Below, piece after piece: positions 1-10,100 of a DNA stretch of 33,183 bases. Made by a program: the position numbers and the translations under genes. The DNA is from a virus. Taxonomy: Duplodnaviria > Caudoviricetes. The stretch spans positions 1-33,183 of IMG/VR virus record IMGVR_UViG_3300017909_001720. The stretch is one strand, 5' to 3'. The notes under the pieces are model-generated. The model made no database searches, had not been told where the DNA came from, and saw nothing but the letters and a program-made list of their open reading frames with translations. The first letter of the stretch is position 1. Every line of letters begins with the position of its first letter.

Positions 1-744
1 ACTAAATGTTGCAGTAGTACCAGATACTGACGGTGCGTTTAAACTTAATGAAGCTGTTACAGAACCAGTAAATCCAGCATTAGATTCTATTCTGTCAGCG
101 TCTAAAGTTCCAGTAGTAATTTTATCAGCACTTAATGTTCCAGTTCTAATTGTTCCACCATTTATTTCAGTTGTTCCTCCATAAAATAAATTGCTTTGCA
201 AACTACCTACCGTACTATTTACAGAATTAGCGGTTGATTGTGCAGAAGCTGCATCGCTTTCAGCATCGTTAGCGGTGCTTTGTGCATTACTTGCAGCAGT
301 AGATGCACTGTCAGCAGTTGACTGAGCATTATTAACTTGTGATGTTGTAGCGTAACCACTAATAGTTAGACTTCTAAATATTGCACTACCATCTGAATTT
401 AATTGAAAACCATTACTTGCACTAAAGTTACTAGATTGTATAGACGAACTAGTAACAGATATACCACCAATAGTTCCACCAGTACCTTGAAAGCTATCAG
501 CAATTAATGTCCCATAGAACTGTGCATTACCATCTGACTGAAGTCTGTATCCTGTTTCACTTGTTGAACTGTAGTTAGAAGATTCTATATAAGTAGAAGC
601 TAATTCAAGGCCACCAATGGTTCCAGATGATGCTTGTATAGTTCCATCAGTTTCTACATAAAATGGAGCATTAGAGTCAAAAGTATTAGAAGTAGAACCT
701 ATCCAAAGGTTTCCATTTCCGTCTATGTGAAATCCGTCAGCCAT
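1..744 (-). CDS. Tail fibre/spike-like protein, truncated by the window edge (not in the ORF track)
   Basis: ATG at 744, frame open to base 1. Translated by hand: MADGFHIDGNGNLWIGSTSNTFDSNAPFYVETDGTIQASSGTIGG... It has GTIGG repeats, an AQSTA-rich stalk-like stretch and TGTLSADKITTGTLDADRI repeats typical of trimeric tail fibres. Confidence 0.8.
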   Translation of the reverse strand, partial: MADGFHIDGNGNLWIGSTSNTFDSNAPFYVETDGTIQASSGTIGGLELASTYIESSNYSSTSETGYRLQSDGNAQFYGTLIADSFQGTGGTIGGISVTSSSIQSSNFSASNGFQLNSDGSAIFRSLTISGYATTSQVNNAQSTADSASTAASNAQSTANDAESDAASAQSTANSVNSTVGSLQSNLFYGGTTEINGGTIRTGTLSADKITTGTLDADRIESNAGFTGSVTASLSLNAPSVSGTTATFS

Positions 745-748
745 AATC

Positions 749-3700
749 TTAAGGTGTTATATGGAATCCAGTTATAGAACTTAAGGTGACACCACCTTGA
801 GAATTAACTACAAATGTTCCATTTCCAATATTTATTCCCCCACTAAATGTACCAGTAGAACCAGTTATATCGCCTCTAAAGTTTCCGTCATTGAACTCTA
901 CAGAACCATCAGCACCAATTTGCCAACCTGTACTACCAGTTGCAAAGTTACCTTCTATTGTACCATTAGTAGCATCAAGAGTTAGGTAATAAGTTGTACC
1001 ACCTGTTGTGTAGTCAGCTTTTAAAGTATCAGCTGCAATATCCCAGCCACCAATAGTACCAGTTTCAGCTGTAAGACTACCTCTAAATACACCATCAGAA
1101 AACTCTACATATCCATTTGGATAGTTAGCATTTTGTTTTTCAATTATCCAACCAGATGTACCAGCTACATAATTATCAGATTGTATAGTGTCACCAATTT
1201 TTGCATTAGTAATTGCAGCGTCTACTATTTTTGCAGTAGTAACTGCTAAGCTTGCAATCTTTGCTTCAGTAATAGCAGCGGTTCCTATATTTTGTGTTTC
1301 TACTAAATTACCTCTAGCTTCTTGTTCATCAGAAGGGTCAGATTCATTACCTGCTTTATCTACAACTGTAAATTTCCAGTAGTAGTCTTCACCATTTGCT
1401 ACTTGTACTTCTCCTATTGCAGGTATTTGATTTCTAATATGTGAAGCTGTAACAGGTATCTGTCCCTTAGGTGTCATACCTGATATAGAAAATCCTGATG
1501 ATTGTGAGTAATAAACATTTAAATGGTCAATATCATTTTGAAGTGTAAAATCAACAACACTAGCTACTGCATTTCTATTAATATCTTCTGCTGCACCTAG
1601 GTTATGTATTATTTGAACACGCGCTGCACCAGGAGCTATTGTTGTTGCTTGGTCTGGTTTAAGTGGTTGAACTGTATCTACAGCAGTTGTTATAAAATCA
1701 GTAACATAGTCACCTGTTGCACCATTTGTATTTATTGGTTGAACACCAACTTCATATTGAGTTGATAATGCTAAACCTTCTATAGTAAATGTTTCAGCAC
1801 CCCAAGTTACAGAAGTTTCAGAATAAGGGTCAGTAGTTCCTGATTTTCTATATCTAATGTTATAGTGAGAACCATTTTGTATTATTGTTCCGTCGTCATT
1901 TAAGGGGACAATCCATTCTATTTTTATGATTGCTTGTTGAGCACCTAATGCATCTTGTATAAATCCTGATGTTAAGTTGATACCATTAGTTAATGTATTA
2001 TCTGGGTCTCTTACTTTTCCAGGGAATGTAATTTTAGAACCTGCTGTAATACCTGTAACAGTTGGAGAAAATCTTAAATCGTCTCCTAGTTTTAATGGTA
2101 AGTCACCAACTTCTAATCTTGCACCACCAGACTCAAATTGAACATAAGGTGTTAAATCTATATATTCAACTTCAGTAGATGATGAAGCTCTTAATCTTCT
2201 AAGGTAAACACCCATTCCAGATTTAATTGGATGTGTTATAGAAGTAACTCTTATCTTTTCTGGATTTATATATTCACCTTGATAAGCTACTTCAAATAAA
2301 GCTGTTCTACCTTCTTCAATTCTTTTATTCTCATTGTCTTCAAAACCTAACTCTGGGTCATATATAAATATATTGTCTCCAACCTCAAAGTCACCTTGAA
2401 TGTCGTAGTAGTCTAAATCTAAATCTATTGCTCTTTTAACTCTTTTAAGTTCTTTTAAGAAAGCTCTAGCTCTTTCTTCTTTTGATATATGTGGGTGTTG
2501 TGGTTCTGATGCATACACAACTCTTTCAAGTAAATTCCCGTTTATGTCACGGTAAGGTATGGACTCATCAGTAACATCTAATGTATCAAAGTTCTGACCA
2601 CCAATAGTTTCTAGATATTCTACAGTTGATACATACTCTCTAGCATCAAAAGAAGATTTAATACTTGATGGGTCAATACCAGTTATAGAAGGGTCTTCAC
2701 CTGAAGTTCCTCTTACTACTATTGTTTGTGCGTCTTCATTAAGACCATGTCCAACAAATAAACTTGTCCTTGGTCCCATGTCTAATAAAACTTTACCCAC
2801 ATTAGTTCCTGAAGGTATAGGCCTGTTTGTGTCGTCTGCTGTAGTACCTATTCTTATTTTCCATTCAATGTCTAGTTGTGTTGCAATTCTATTAAGTGCA
2901 GTTAATACTGTTTCTAGATAATGAGTTCCTGAGTAATCACTTTGTGTAGTTTCTACAGTAGGAGCTGCAGTAGGAACACTATATGAAGCAACACCTGTGT
3001 TAGCGTCTATAGTATGTTTTGCAGTTCCTTTTGTTATTCTTAATCCATCTAGATATCCATAAAAGTGGTCAGAATTTTGTGACAGTCCTATAGATAAATT
3101 CAAACCAGTAGAAAGCCATAGCTTTACATCTGGCTGAGGTATTTTAATTGCTTTTTCACTTCTCCAGCTATCTACCATTGTTCCATTTTTAAATGTATAA
3201 AAGTTATTACCCTCTCTTGTTATTGCAAAGTGATTCCACTGGTTATAGTCAATAGTTCCTAATGACTTACCATTAGCTATATCAAAACAATCGTCAGTAG
3301 CGACACCACTAAGTACCGTGCTAGTAGAAGTCACTGACCTCATATAGACTTTAGATGTTCCTGCACCGTTCTCATTAAGACCAATCATGAATGAAGGAAG
3401 AGAACTATGTTGAGTAGAAGCTATTACTGCACCATGTTTTGTTTTTGCTCTAGGCTTACTATAAGCTGTTGTCCCATGAAACCAAGAAGTTCCGTCTTGC
3501 CAATATTTAGAATAGTATGCTTGAAAGTTAGGGTCAGTTTCCCAGTAATTTGAAGTTCCTGCATCTGAATCATATATAGAACGTGCTCCAGAATAATAAT
3601 CTGAATAATCTACATTTGCTCCTGTAGAGTTCTTACCTTGCCAGAAATCAACAGAAGGTAAAGGTAAACTTTCTACATTATCAATTAATTGGTCTATTGA

Positions 3701-5083
3701 TATTTGTACATTGTCTTCAGATTCAGTAAGAGTATTTGGGTCAATTGAGGAATCTGTAATTATAGATGGATTAGCAACACCACCCTGTGCTGCTTGGCCA
3801 CTTCTAACACTCCAACCATTTACACCACCTGGAGCTGTGAAGTATCCACCATACCAAGCGTCAGGTGCGTAAAACCAATTTTTATTAATGTCATGTCCTT
3901 GATACCAGTTTCTTTCATCAGCTATAGGGTTTGGGTCTACACCGAAAGCAGGAGTCATTGTAGATAAGTTTCCAGAAAAATAAGAACCATTTAATAATGT
4001 TTGTACATGCTTTCTATATCTATCTACTGCAAATTTTAAAAATCTATATTTACCAGTATCTTTGTTGTAAACAACTCCAAAGAATCCCATTGCGTAAGCA
4101 GCGTCTTTGTATGCTTCTAAATCTGAAGCAGTAGTTATGGTGCTACCATCTCTTAATGTATCTTCAGTACCATCGTATTTATATACTTGTAGGAACCAAG
4201 AGTATTTAAAACCCCCTGTTCCTTTATGCCAAGCAATATCACACATCATATCAAAATGTTCTTGAGCTATTGTTGTGTCATATGGAAAAGCATCTGCTTC
4301 TAATATGTAATCACCATTTGAGTCTGTTTCTTTAACCCATGCGCTTCCTGTTTTGTCATACCTGTAAAATGCTTCTATAACTCCAGCTGCATATTTAATA
4401 TCTACAGCAGTTTTTACTAATTGTTCTAACATAGCTTGAGATGGTCTTGCTTTTATTATTGTGACTCCATCACTTCTAGTTACAGAAGTTCCGTCACCTG
4501 TATATCTTATTGGTATAGGTTCAGTATTTTGTACAACACCAGTATTACCAATACCATCATCGTCTGTGCCAGATTGGTCTGTATCAATCCATCCACCACC
4601 AGTATTGTTAGCAGCGTATGATAAGTCGTGTTCAATGGGAAAATAAATGTTGTACCATGTTCCATTTTTTTTAACTCTTATTCCTTTATCTTCATCATGT
4701 AAAACTTCATATAAATTTAATCTATGGTTATCTCCTGTGTAAGTTAAAGGACCACCTTTTGGCCACATAGCAGTTGTGTCTGGCTTAACAAAAGCATCTA
4801 TTGTTTGACCAATACCAAATGTTGGAACTGAATTTTTAACTAAGTCTGCAAGGTGTCTATCTGGGTCAACAGGGCATTTAGAATAATAACCAACATTATC
4901 CATTCCAGTACCACTTTGTTGAAATTTAGAAACTGCTGGGTCTGCTGCAGCTCCAGTTTTTAAAACAGTTTGACCTGCATTTTTTAAATCCCAGTAAACA
5001 AAAGGAACTATTGCTTCGTTTACTGTTAATCTACTTACGAAGTTAGAGCTTACTTCAGCGTTTTCTAAATCAAATTGAGGCAT
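749..5083 (-). CDS. Large tail-tip/host-specificity protein (partial LamG-like lectin domain, minor-tail hub region, FN3 domain, fibre repeats)
   Basis: 1444 aa, downstream of the tape measure gene. Contains QWNHFAITREG...FYGYLDGLRITKG (LamG/concanavalin C-terminal part), an FN3-like IEW...YNIRYRK...IEGL...QYEVGVQP segment, and AKI-repeat/IQSDNYVAGTSGW motifs seen in tail-tip proteins. Confidence 0.8.
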   Translation of the reverse strand: MPQFDLENAEVSSNFVSRLTVNEAIVPFVYWDLKNAGQTVLKTGAAADPAVSKFQQSGTGMDNVGYYSKCPVDPDRHLADLVKNSVPTFGIGQTIDAFVKPDTTAMWPKGGPLTYTGDNHRLNLYEVLHDEDKGIRVKKNGTWYNIYFPIEHDLSYAANNTGGGWIDTDQSGTDDDGIGNTGVVQNTEPIPIRYTGDGTSVTRSDGVTIIKARPSQAMLEQLVKTAVDIKYAAGVIEAFYRYDKTGSAWVKETDSNGDYILEADAFPYDTTIAQEHFDMMCDIAWHKGTGGFKYSWFLQVYKYDGTEDTLRDGSTITTASDLEAYKDAAYAMGFFGVVYNKDTGKYRFLKFAVDRYRKHVQTLLNGSYFSGNLSTMTPAFGVDPNPIADERNWYQGHDINKNWFYAPDAWYGGYFTAPGGVNGWSVRSGQAAQGGVANPSIITDSSIDPNTLTESEDNVQISIDQLIDNVESLPLPSVDFWQGKNSTGANVDYSDYYSGARSIYDSDAGTSNYWETDPNFQAYYSKYWQDGTSWFHGTTAYSKPRAKTKHGAVIASTQHSSLPSFMIGLNENGAGTSKVYMRSVTSTSTVLSGVATDDCFDIANGKSLGTIDYNQWNHFAITREGNNFYTFKNGTMVDSWRSEKAIKIPQPDVKLWLSTGLNLSIGLSQNSDHFYGYLDGLRITKGTAKHTIDANTGVASYSVPTAAPTVETTQSDYSGTHYLETVLTALNRIATQLDIEWKIRIGTTADDTNRPIPSGTNVGKVLLDMGPRTSLFVGHGLNEDAQTIVVRGTSGEDPSITGIDPSSIKSSFDAREYVSTVEYLETIGGQNFDTLDVTDESIPYRDINGNLLERVVYASEPQHPHISKEERARAFLKELKRVKRAIDLDLDYYDIQGDFEVGDNIFIYDPELGFEDNENKRIEEGRTALFEVAYQGEYINPEKIRVTSITHPIKSGMGVYLRRLRASSSTEVEYIDLTPYVQFESGGARLEVGDLPLKLGDDLRFSPTVTGITAGSKITFPGKVRDPDNTLTNGINLTSGFIQDALGAQQAIIKIEWIVPLNDDGTIIQNGSHYNIRYRKSGTTDPYSETSVTWGAETFTIEGLALSTQYEVGVQPINTNGATGDYVTDFITTAVDTVQPLKPDQATTIAPGAARVQIIHNLGAAEDINRNAVASVVDFTLQNDIDHLNVYYSQSSGFSISGMTPKGQIPVTASHIRNQIPAIGEVQVANGEDYYWKFTVVDKAGNESDPSDEQEARGNLVETQNIGTAAITEAKIASLAVTTAKIVDAAITNAKIGDTIQSDNYVAGTSGWIIEKQNANYPNGYVEFSDGVFRGSLTAETGTIGGWDIAADTLKADYTTGGTTYYLTLDATNGTIEGNFATGSTGWQIGADGSVEFNDGNFRGDITGSTGTFSGGINIGNGTFVVNSQGGVTLSSITGFHITP

Positions 5084-5087
5084 GCTA

Positions 5088-5780
5088 TCACGGTGTTAAC
5101 CTATACTCCCACCACTCCATTGTAAAATCGTTATTGGCTGGATGGAAACCAGGGTGGTAATCTACTAATACATATCCATCTCCATCTAAGTATAAACTTG
5201 TATTACCCCATTTAGCTTGGTCATCTGATATTTGTGCCGTGCTATAAAACTCTAGATTATGTTCTAAATCTGTTTCATCATCATAATCTGTATCACCGTC
5301 TGTTCCCTCAAAATTTAAAAGTAAATCCGTATCTTGAATAGTCTTTTCTGTTATAGTTCCTGGCCATACAGCTCTAAGTCTTCCTGAATCATTGTTTCTT
5401 AAAAGACCATAAGGTTGTCCATCATCATTGTTAATTACATACTCTAAAGTATCGTTTTCATAAACTCTAGACTTTGAACCATCGTTTTGTATTTCACTAA
5501 CACCTAATCCCTTATTGTCAGAATCTCCTAGATAAACAGACATTCCAACTCCTTCAATCTCTGCTGTTTCTGGCTCTATAGATAAAGACTGTATTACACC
5601 TACATACTCTGATGAAGGAAGCATTACACTATCTATCCACTCAGCAGATTCCATTTCTGAATCTGTTATTACTATTTGGTCCCATGGCTGTATTGAATTT
5701 AAAATATAATTAGGAACTAATGACAAATCTAAAGTTACTATAACTTGACCTTGTGACATTAATTTTTCTGTAATAGGCAT
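5088..5780 (-). CDS. Minor tail protein, N-terminal part; ends in the first strands of a LamG-like domain
   Basis: 230 aa, TAATG overlap with the upstream gene. The C-terminus LLLNFEG...AQIS...KWGNTSLYLDG...DFTMEWWEY is the usual start of a phage LamG-like domain. Confidence 0.7.
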   Translation of the reverse strand: MPITEKLMSQGQVIVTLDLSLVPNYILNSIQPWDQIVITDSEMESAEWIDSVMLPSSEYVGVIQSLSIEPETAEIEGVGMSVYLGDSDNKGLGVSEIQNDGSKSRVYENDTLEYVINNDDGQPYGLLRNNDSGRLRAVWPGTITEKTIQDTDLLLNFEGTDGDTDYDDETDLEHNLEFYSTAQISDDQAKWGNTSLYLDGDGYVLVDYHPGFHPANNDFTMEWWEYRLTP

Positions 5781-7141
5781 TAAGCTTTCACCATCTTTTG
5801 ATATTCGTTTATATTGTCTATATATTGTTTGTAAACATTTGAAGCAGTGTTGTGAGATAAAGGAGCATTTGTATTTGGGTCAACTAATTCGTATCCAACC
5901 ATAAATCCAAAAACTGCACCATTAGCTGCATTTCTCATCATTCCATTATCAGTAATTGATGTGTCTTGGTCTAATGCTTTTAATCCACCAAGAATCCAAT
6001 AGTTTCCGTCTTCTGGAGAACTAGCACCATCTTTAATAAAACCATTTGCTATATCTGTTGTATCAGGAGTATCTGAAGGAGCAGCTTCTAATGCTACATT
6101 AATATTTGTACCTGCTGTGTAATAATTAGTTATAACTCCTATGTGATGTGCTCCTCTTCTTAATGAAAAGTCTACCACAAGTCTTTTACCTCTAGTGTCA
6201 GCATCTTTATAAGTTGTACATCTTACTACAACTAATTCAGGCCTATTAACTAATATCTGAACTCTATGCCATCCTAAAAATAAATCACCATGTTGTTGTC
6301 CACTAGCAGGGTCACCTTCTGAAAACACCCATTCTTTTTCTGTAGCGTACTGATTTGTATCCCATATGAAAGTGTTAAATTTTGCACTTGTCGTACTTGT
6401 ACCTAAAACCATTTTTATTAATCCATTATCTAAAATTAAACTATCTCCTACAGTCCAGTTTTCTGCATACTTTCCACACTTAATACTTTCAGTAACAACA
6501 TCAGAACTATTAACATTTACTCTTTCCATATGATGTCCCATTCTAATTTGAGCAGCACCTTTGTAGTAATCAGCTAACTCCATGTTATAAATAGAGTTGT
6601 TATTTCTTAATAATGATGATTGATTTATATATAAATTACATGTGTCAGTAGCAGTGCTACTTGTTAAATCTCTTGCAACCCTTAAATTTCTACCTGGTAA
6701 TGCATTGTGTATAAAAGCAAAACTATTTCCTGGTGCTGCGTGGAACTGTTGATTTGTAGCTGATGTTATAAAATCATTTTCTAATAAAGCTCCAGTAAGT
6801 CTAGATTCAAACTGAACATCACCAGATTTGCCAACATACTCTAAACTTATAGAATAACTAAATCCACCTTGTAAATATTTTTCTATATCTACACTAGAAC
6901 CAGTAACTTTTACATATCCATTTAATGTTGTGTCTCCGTCATATATAAACGGAACATGTTCATCCATTGTAGACATTGACTGTAGCTCGTCTCTTAAATA
7001 TTTAATATGGTCTATTGTGTGTTCTACACCACCAAATTTACCACTAAGACTTAAAGTTTTTCCATCAGGCCCTGCACTTAATTGTAATGTTCCAGGTGAT
7101 GTAAAGCTAAGTCTTCCTAAATGTATTTGATATGTTGCCAT
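5780..7141 (-). CDS. Minor tail protein (distal-tail position)
   Basis: 453 aa with beta-rich composition, directly after the tape measure gene with a TAATG overlap. Assignment is by synteny. Confidence 0.65.
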   Translation of the reverse strand: MATYQIHLGRLSFTSPGTLQLSAGPDGKTLSLSGKFGGVEHTIDHIKYLRDELQSMSTMDEHVPFIYDGDTTLNGYVKVTGSSVDIEKYLQGGFSYSISLEYVGKSGDVQFESRLTGALLENDFITSATNQQFHAAPGNSFAFIHNALPGRNLRVARDLTSSTATDTCNLYINQSSLLRNNNSIYNMELADYYKGAAQIRMGHHMERVNVNSSDVVTESIKCGKYAENWTVGDSLILDNGLIKMVLGTSTTSAKFNTFIWDTNQYATEKEWVFSEGDPASGQQHGDLFLGWHRVQILVNRPELVVVRCTTYKDADTRGKRLVVDFSLRRGAHHIGVITNYYTAGTNINVALEAAPSDTPDTTDIANGFIKDGASSPEDGNYWILGGLKALDQDTSITDNGMMRNAANGAVFGFMVGYELVDPNTNAPLSHNTASNVYKQYIDNINEYQKMVKA

Positions 7142-10100
7142 TATACGTTCCTAACTCCTCCACCAGCGTTACCTTCTCTATCTAGTCTTTGTAATGCTTT
7201 CTTAATTTGGATTGCTGCTTTTCTAGCAGATGCATTATCTACTGGTACACCAGTAACATTAACAGATAAATTCTGAACAATTGTGTTATTGCCTCTACCA
7301 CCTGTTGTAAGTGGTTTTACTAAGAAACCTGAACCTGGAACAAATCTAACTTCTTCTGGTCCATATTCTCCAACTAAAGCTCTCTTCATCATATGGTCTG
7401 CAGCTCTACCACCATGAGCATATTTGCTAGGTGTTAAGTGTGACATATCTGGTATTCTTCCACCCATCTTGAAACCTTTAATTCTTCCACCCATTGCATA
7501 ACCTCTTCTGCCTGTGGATGTGTAACCATCTTTTTCAGCTCTTTCTCTTGCAGCATCATTAGTTACAACTCTTCTTTGTCCATTTGCATTTTCCATTAGT
7601 AGAGGGTATGAGTTGTAAGTTTGTGGTGTTCCAGTTGGGTCTTCTGCTACCTCAACACCAGCATCCATTTCTACATGTACTGGTGAGCCACTTAATACTT
7701 TGTTAATATAATCTTGGTTAGCAACTGAATTTGGACCCATGTTTGTTGGGTCTAATCTACTTATTCCGCTAAATAAGTCTCCAAAATTTTCTAAGAATGT
7801 TCCTAGTTCTATACCTATTTGGTCTTCTACCATTTCTAAGTTTTTGTCTAAGAAGTTAAAACCAGAGCCATCTGATTTACGATAAAGGTTTAGTCCTAAA
7901 GATTCTATAAATTGTTTTAATATTGTTTGACCTGTATTTTCTGTGTTTAATCTCTTACTTATACCCATATCATTAAGAGTTGTCATAATTCTTTGTATCT
8001 GTCCTAAATCAGAACTTGTCATAAACTGTTGATTTTCATCCAACCTATTTGATGCTTGATTTAGAGAAACTCCTTGTTTAAAGATTGGAGATAATAATGG
8101 ATTGTTCAAGAATCTATTAAAGTCATCATACAAACCAGCTTCTTTAAGTGATTCACCAAATACTGTTTTAGCATCTTGCATTGACATTCTTTGGTCAGCC
8201 ATTAATGTATTTGCAGCTACTACTGTATCGTTAAGAGTTTCTTCGACTGCCTTATCTTTAGCAGATTCATAAATAGCTGTTTCAGGAACTTCTGCTCCAC
8301 CAGGTCCAAATATTGAACCGATAGTACCTTCTTGATATTTTTCAACTGCTTCAATAAGTTCATTAACTTCATCAGTTATATCTCCATATCTGTCAGCAAT
8401 TTCTGATAATGTTTCCATGTGAGGACCAATGTTTTCTTCAAAGTAGAGTATTGCTTGAGTTAATGCCATATCTGCTTCTACTGCTCCTTCAACAGATGCT
8501 GAATATTTATCTTGAGCTACTTGTACTCTTAAGGTCATTTGTTCTTGTTCGTCTAACAAACCAAAATATTCTTCTCTTGTAGATACAAGTTCTTGGTCTA
8601 TTTTTAGAGCATTAGCTTGTGCATCTTTATATTCTCTTTCTGTATCAGCTAGTTGTAAGAAGAATAATTCTTTATCTTCCTCGGTCTTAAATTCTCCTCT
8701 CATTTCTGCAAGTTCTTCTTGTGCAGCTTGGAACTCTAAAGCACTGATAACACCTTGATTGTACATTCTTGACATAGTGTTAACTTCTTGTTCTTTTTCA
8801 TTTATAGCTAACTGTTCTTTTGCAGTAAATTCACCAGCAGCTCTCTTTTCCATCTCTCTTAAAGAAAGTAGTTGTTGTAATATACCAATACGTTCTTTAA
8901 CAGTTACGTTACCTTTTTTACCCTCTTGTTCTAATCTATTTAATCTTTCAAGTGTGTCTCCAATTCTATCTTGTAAAGATGCTTCGTCTCTTAGTTGTTT
9001 TGCAAGAGAAGCTTTACTTTGCATAACATTTAATAATGCAGCATTTCTAGCTCTTTCAGCACTTGTTAGTTGAGTTACTACTTGGAAAGCTTTTTGTTGT
9101 TCAGATACATACTCTTGTGCTTTATCATTAACACCAGCCATAAATTTTTCAAGAAACGTTTGAAAATCTCCACCACCAGTATCACCTGTAACATAAGCAG
9201 CAAAAGCTTCTATGCTAAGACCAATTGTTGCTATCATTTCTGCAAAATCTTCGAATGTAGAATTTACTCCACTAGATTGCCCAATAGTATTTTCTAATCC
9301 TTCTATTAAACCATTTCCAACATTTTGTCCATATTGTTTGAATAAAGTAGAGTTTGAATTAATACCTAGTATTGCTCTAAAAGCTGCTGCGCTATCTTTA
9401 GCCATATTTTGCATTGCAACTTCAGTTTGTGGAGTTGCATTTTGTATACCTTCTGCAAATCCCATACTTGTCCATTCGCCAAACTGCATCATAACCTTAG
9501 ATGGTGAACCAAATCCAAGTGCTTCTCTTAGTGCTGCTACAACTTCTTCACCCATGTCACCAAACATTTGTCTTATAATTGGGAAACCATCTTCTATACC
9601 TTTAACAAAACTTTCGGTAATCTGAATTCCCATATTTTGCATTTGGTCCATAAACTTATCGTCCATTAATGGAGATTTAACTCCTGCATCTGCAGCAGTT
9701 AGTGGTGCAGTTTTAATAAGTTCTAATTCTAAAGCTTGTGCTGCCATAGGGTCTGCTAAAGCTCTAGCAGCTATATCTCTACCACCTAGACCCATAGCTA
9801 ATAATCTATCAGCTGTAAATTCAAAACCTTTAGCTCTTAGTTGTGCAATATCTCTTTCATATTTTTCAATAGCTAATCTATTTTGTTCTAGATTGTATAA
9901 CAACTTACCAAATGATTGGTCAGTAAGTTCAGCATCTTCTAATGGCTTACCTAATGCAGTAGCTGCCTCTCTTATTTGTTTGAAAGCTTCTTTTGCTTTT
10001 ATTGCAAGTCTTAATGACATTTCAGCTGTTATACCAAACTCATCTTGCATTTTTTTGTTTGCAGAAGTTATCTCATCAGATATAGCAGTTTGTGTGCTTG

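Noticed and set aside
220-335. Repeated AQSTA-type segments in the fibre gene
   Set aside because: These are ordinary protein-level coiled-coil stalk repeats, not a DNA repeat element.
3436-5087. Intein or intron explaining the insert in the LamG-like domain
   Set aside because: No intein terminal residues, homing-endonuclease motif or non-coding structured region was seen.
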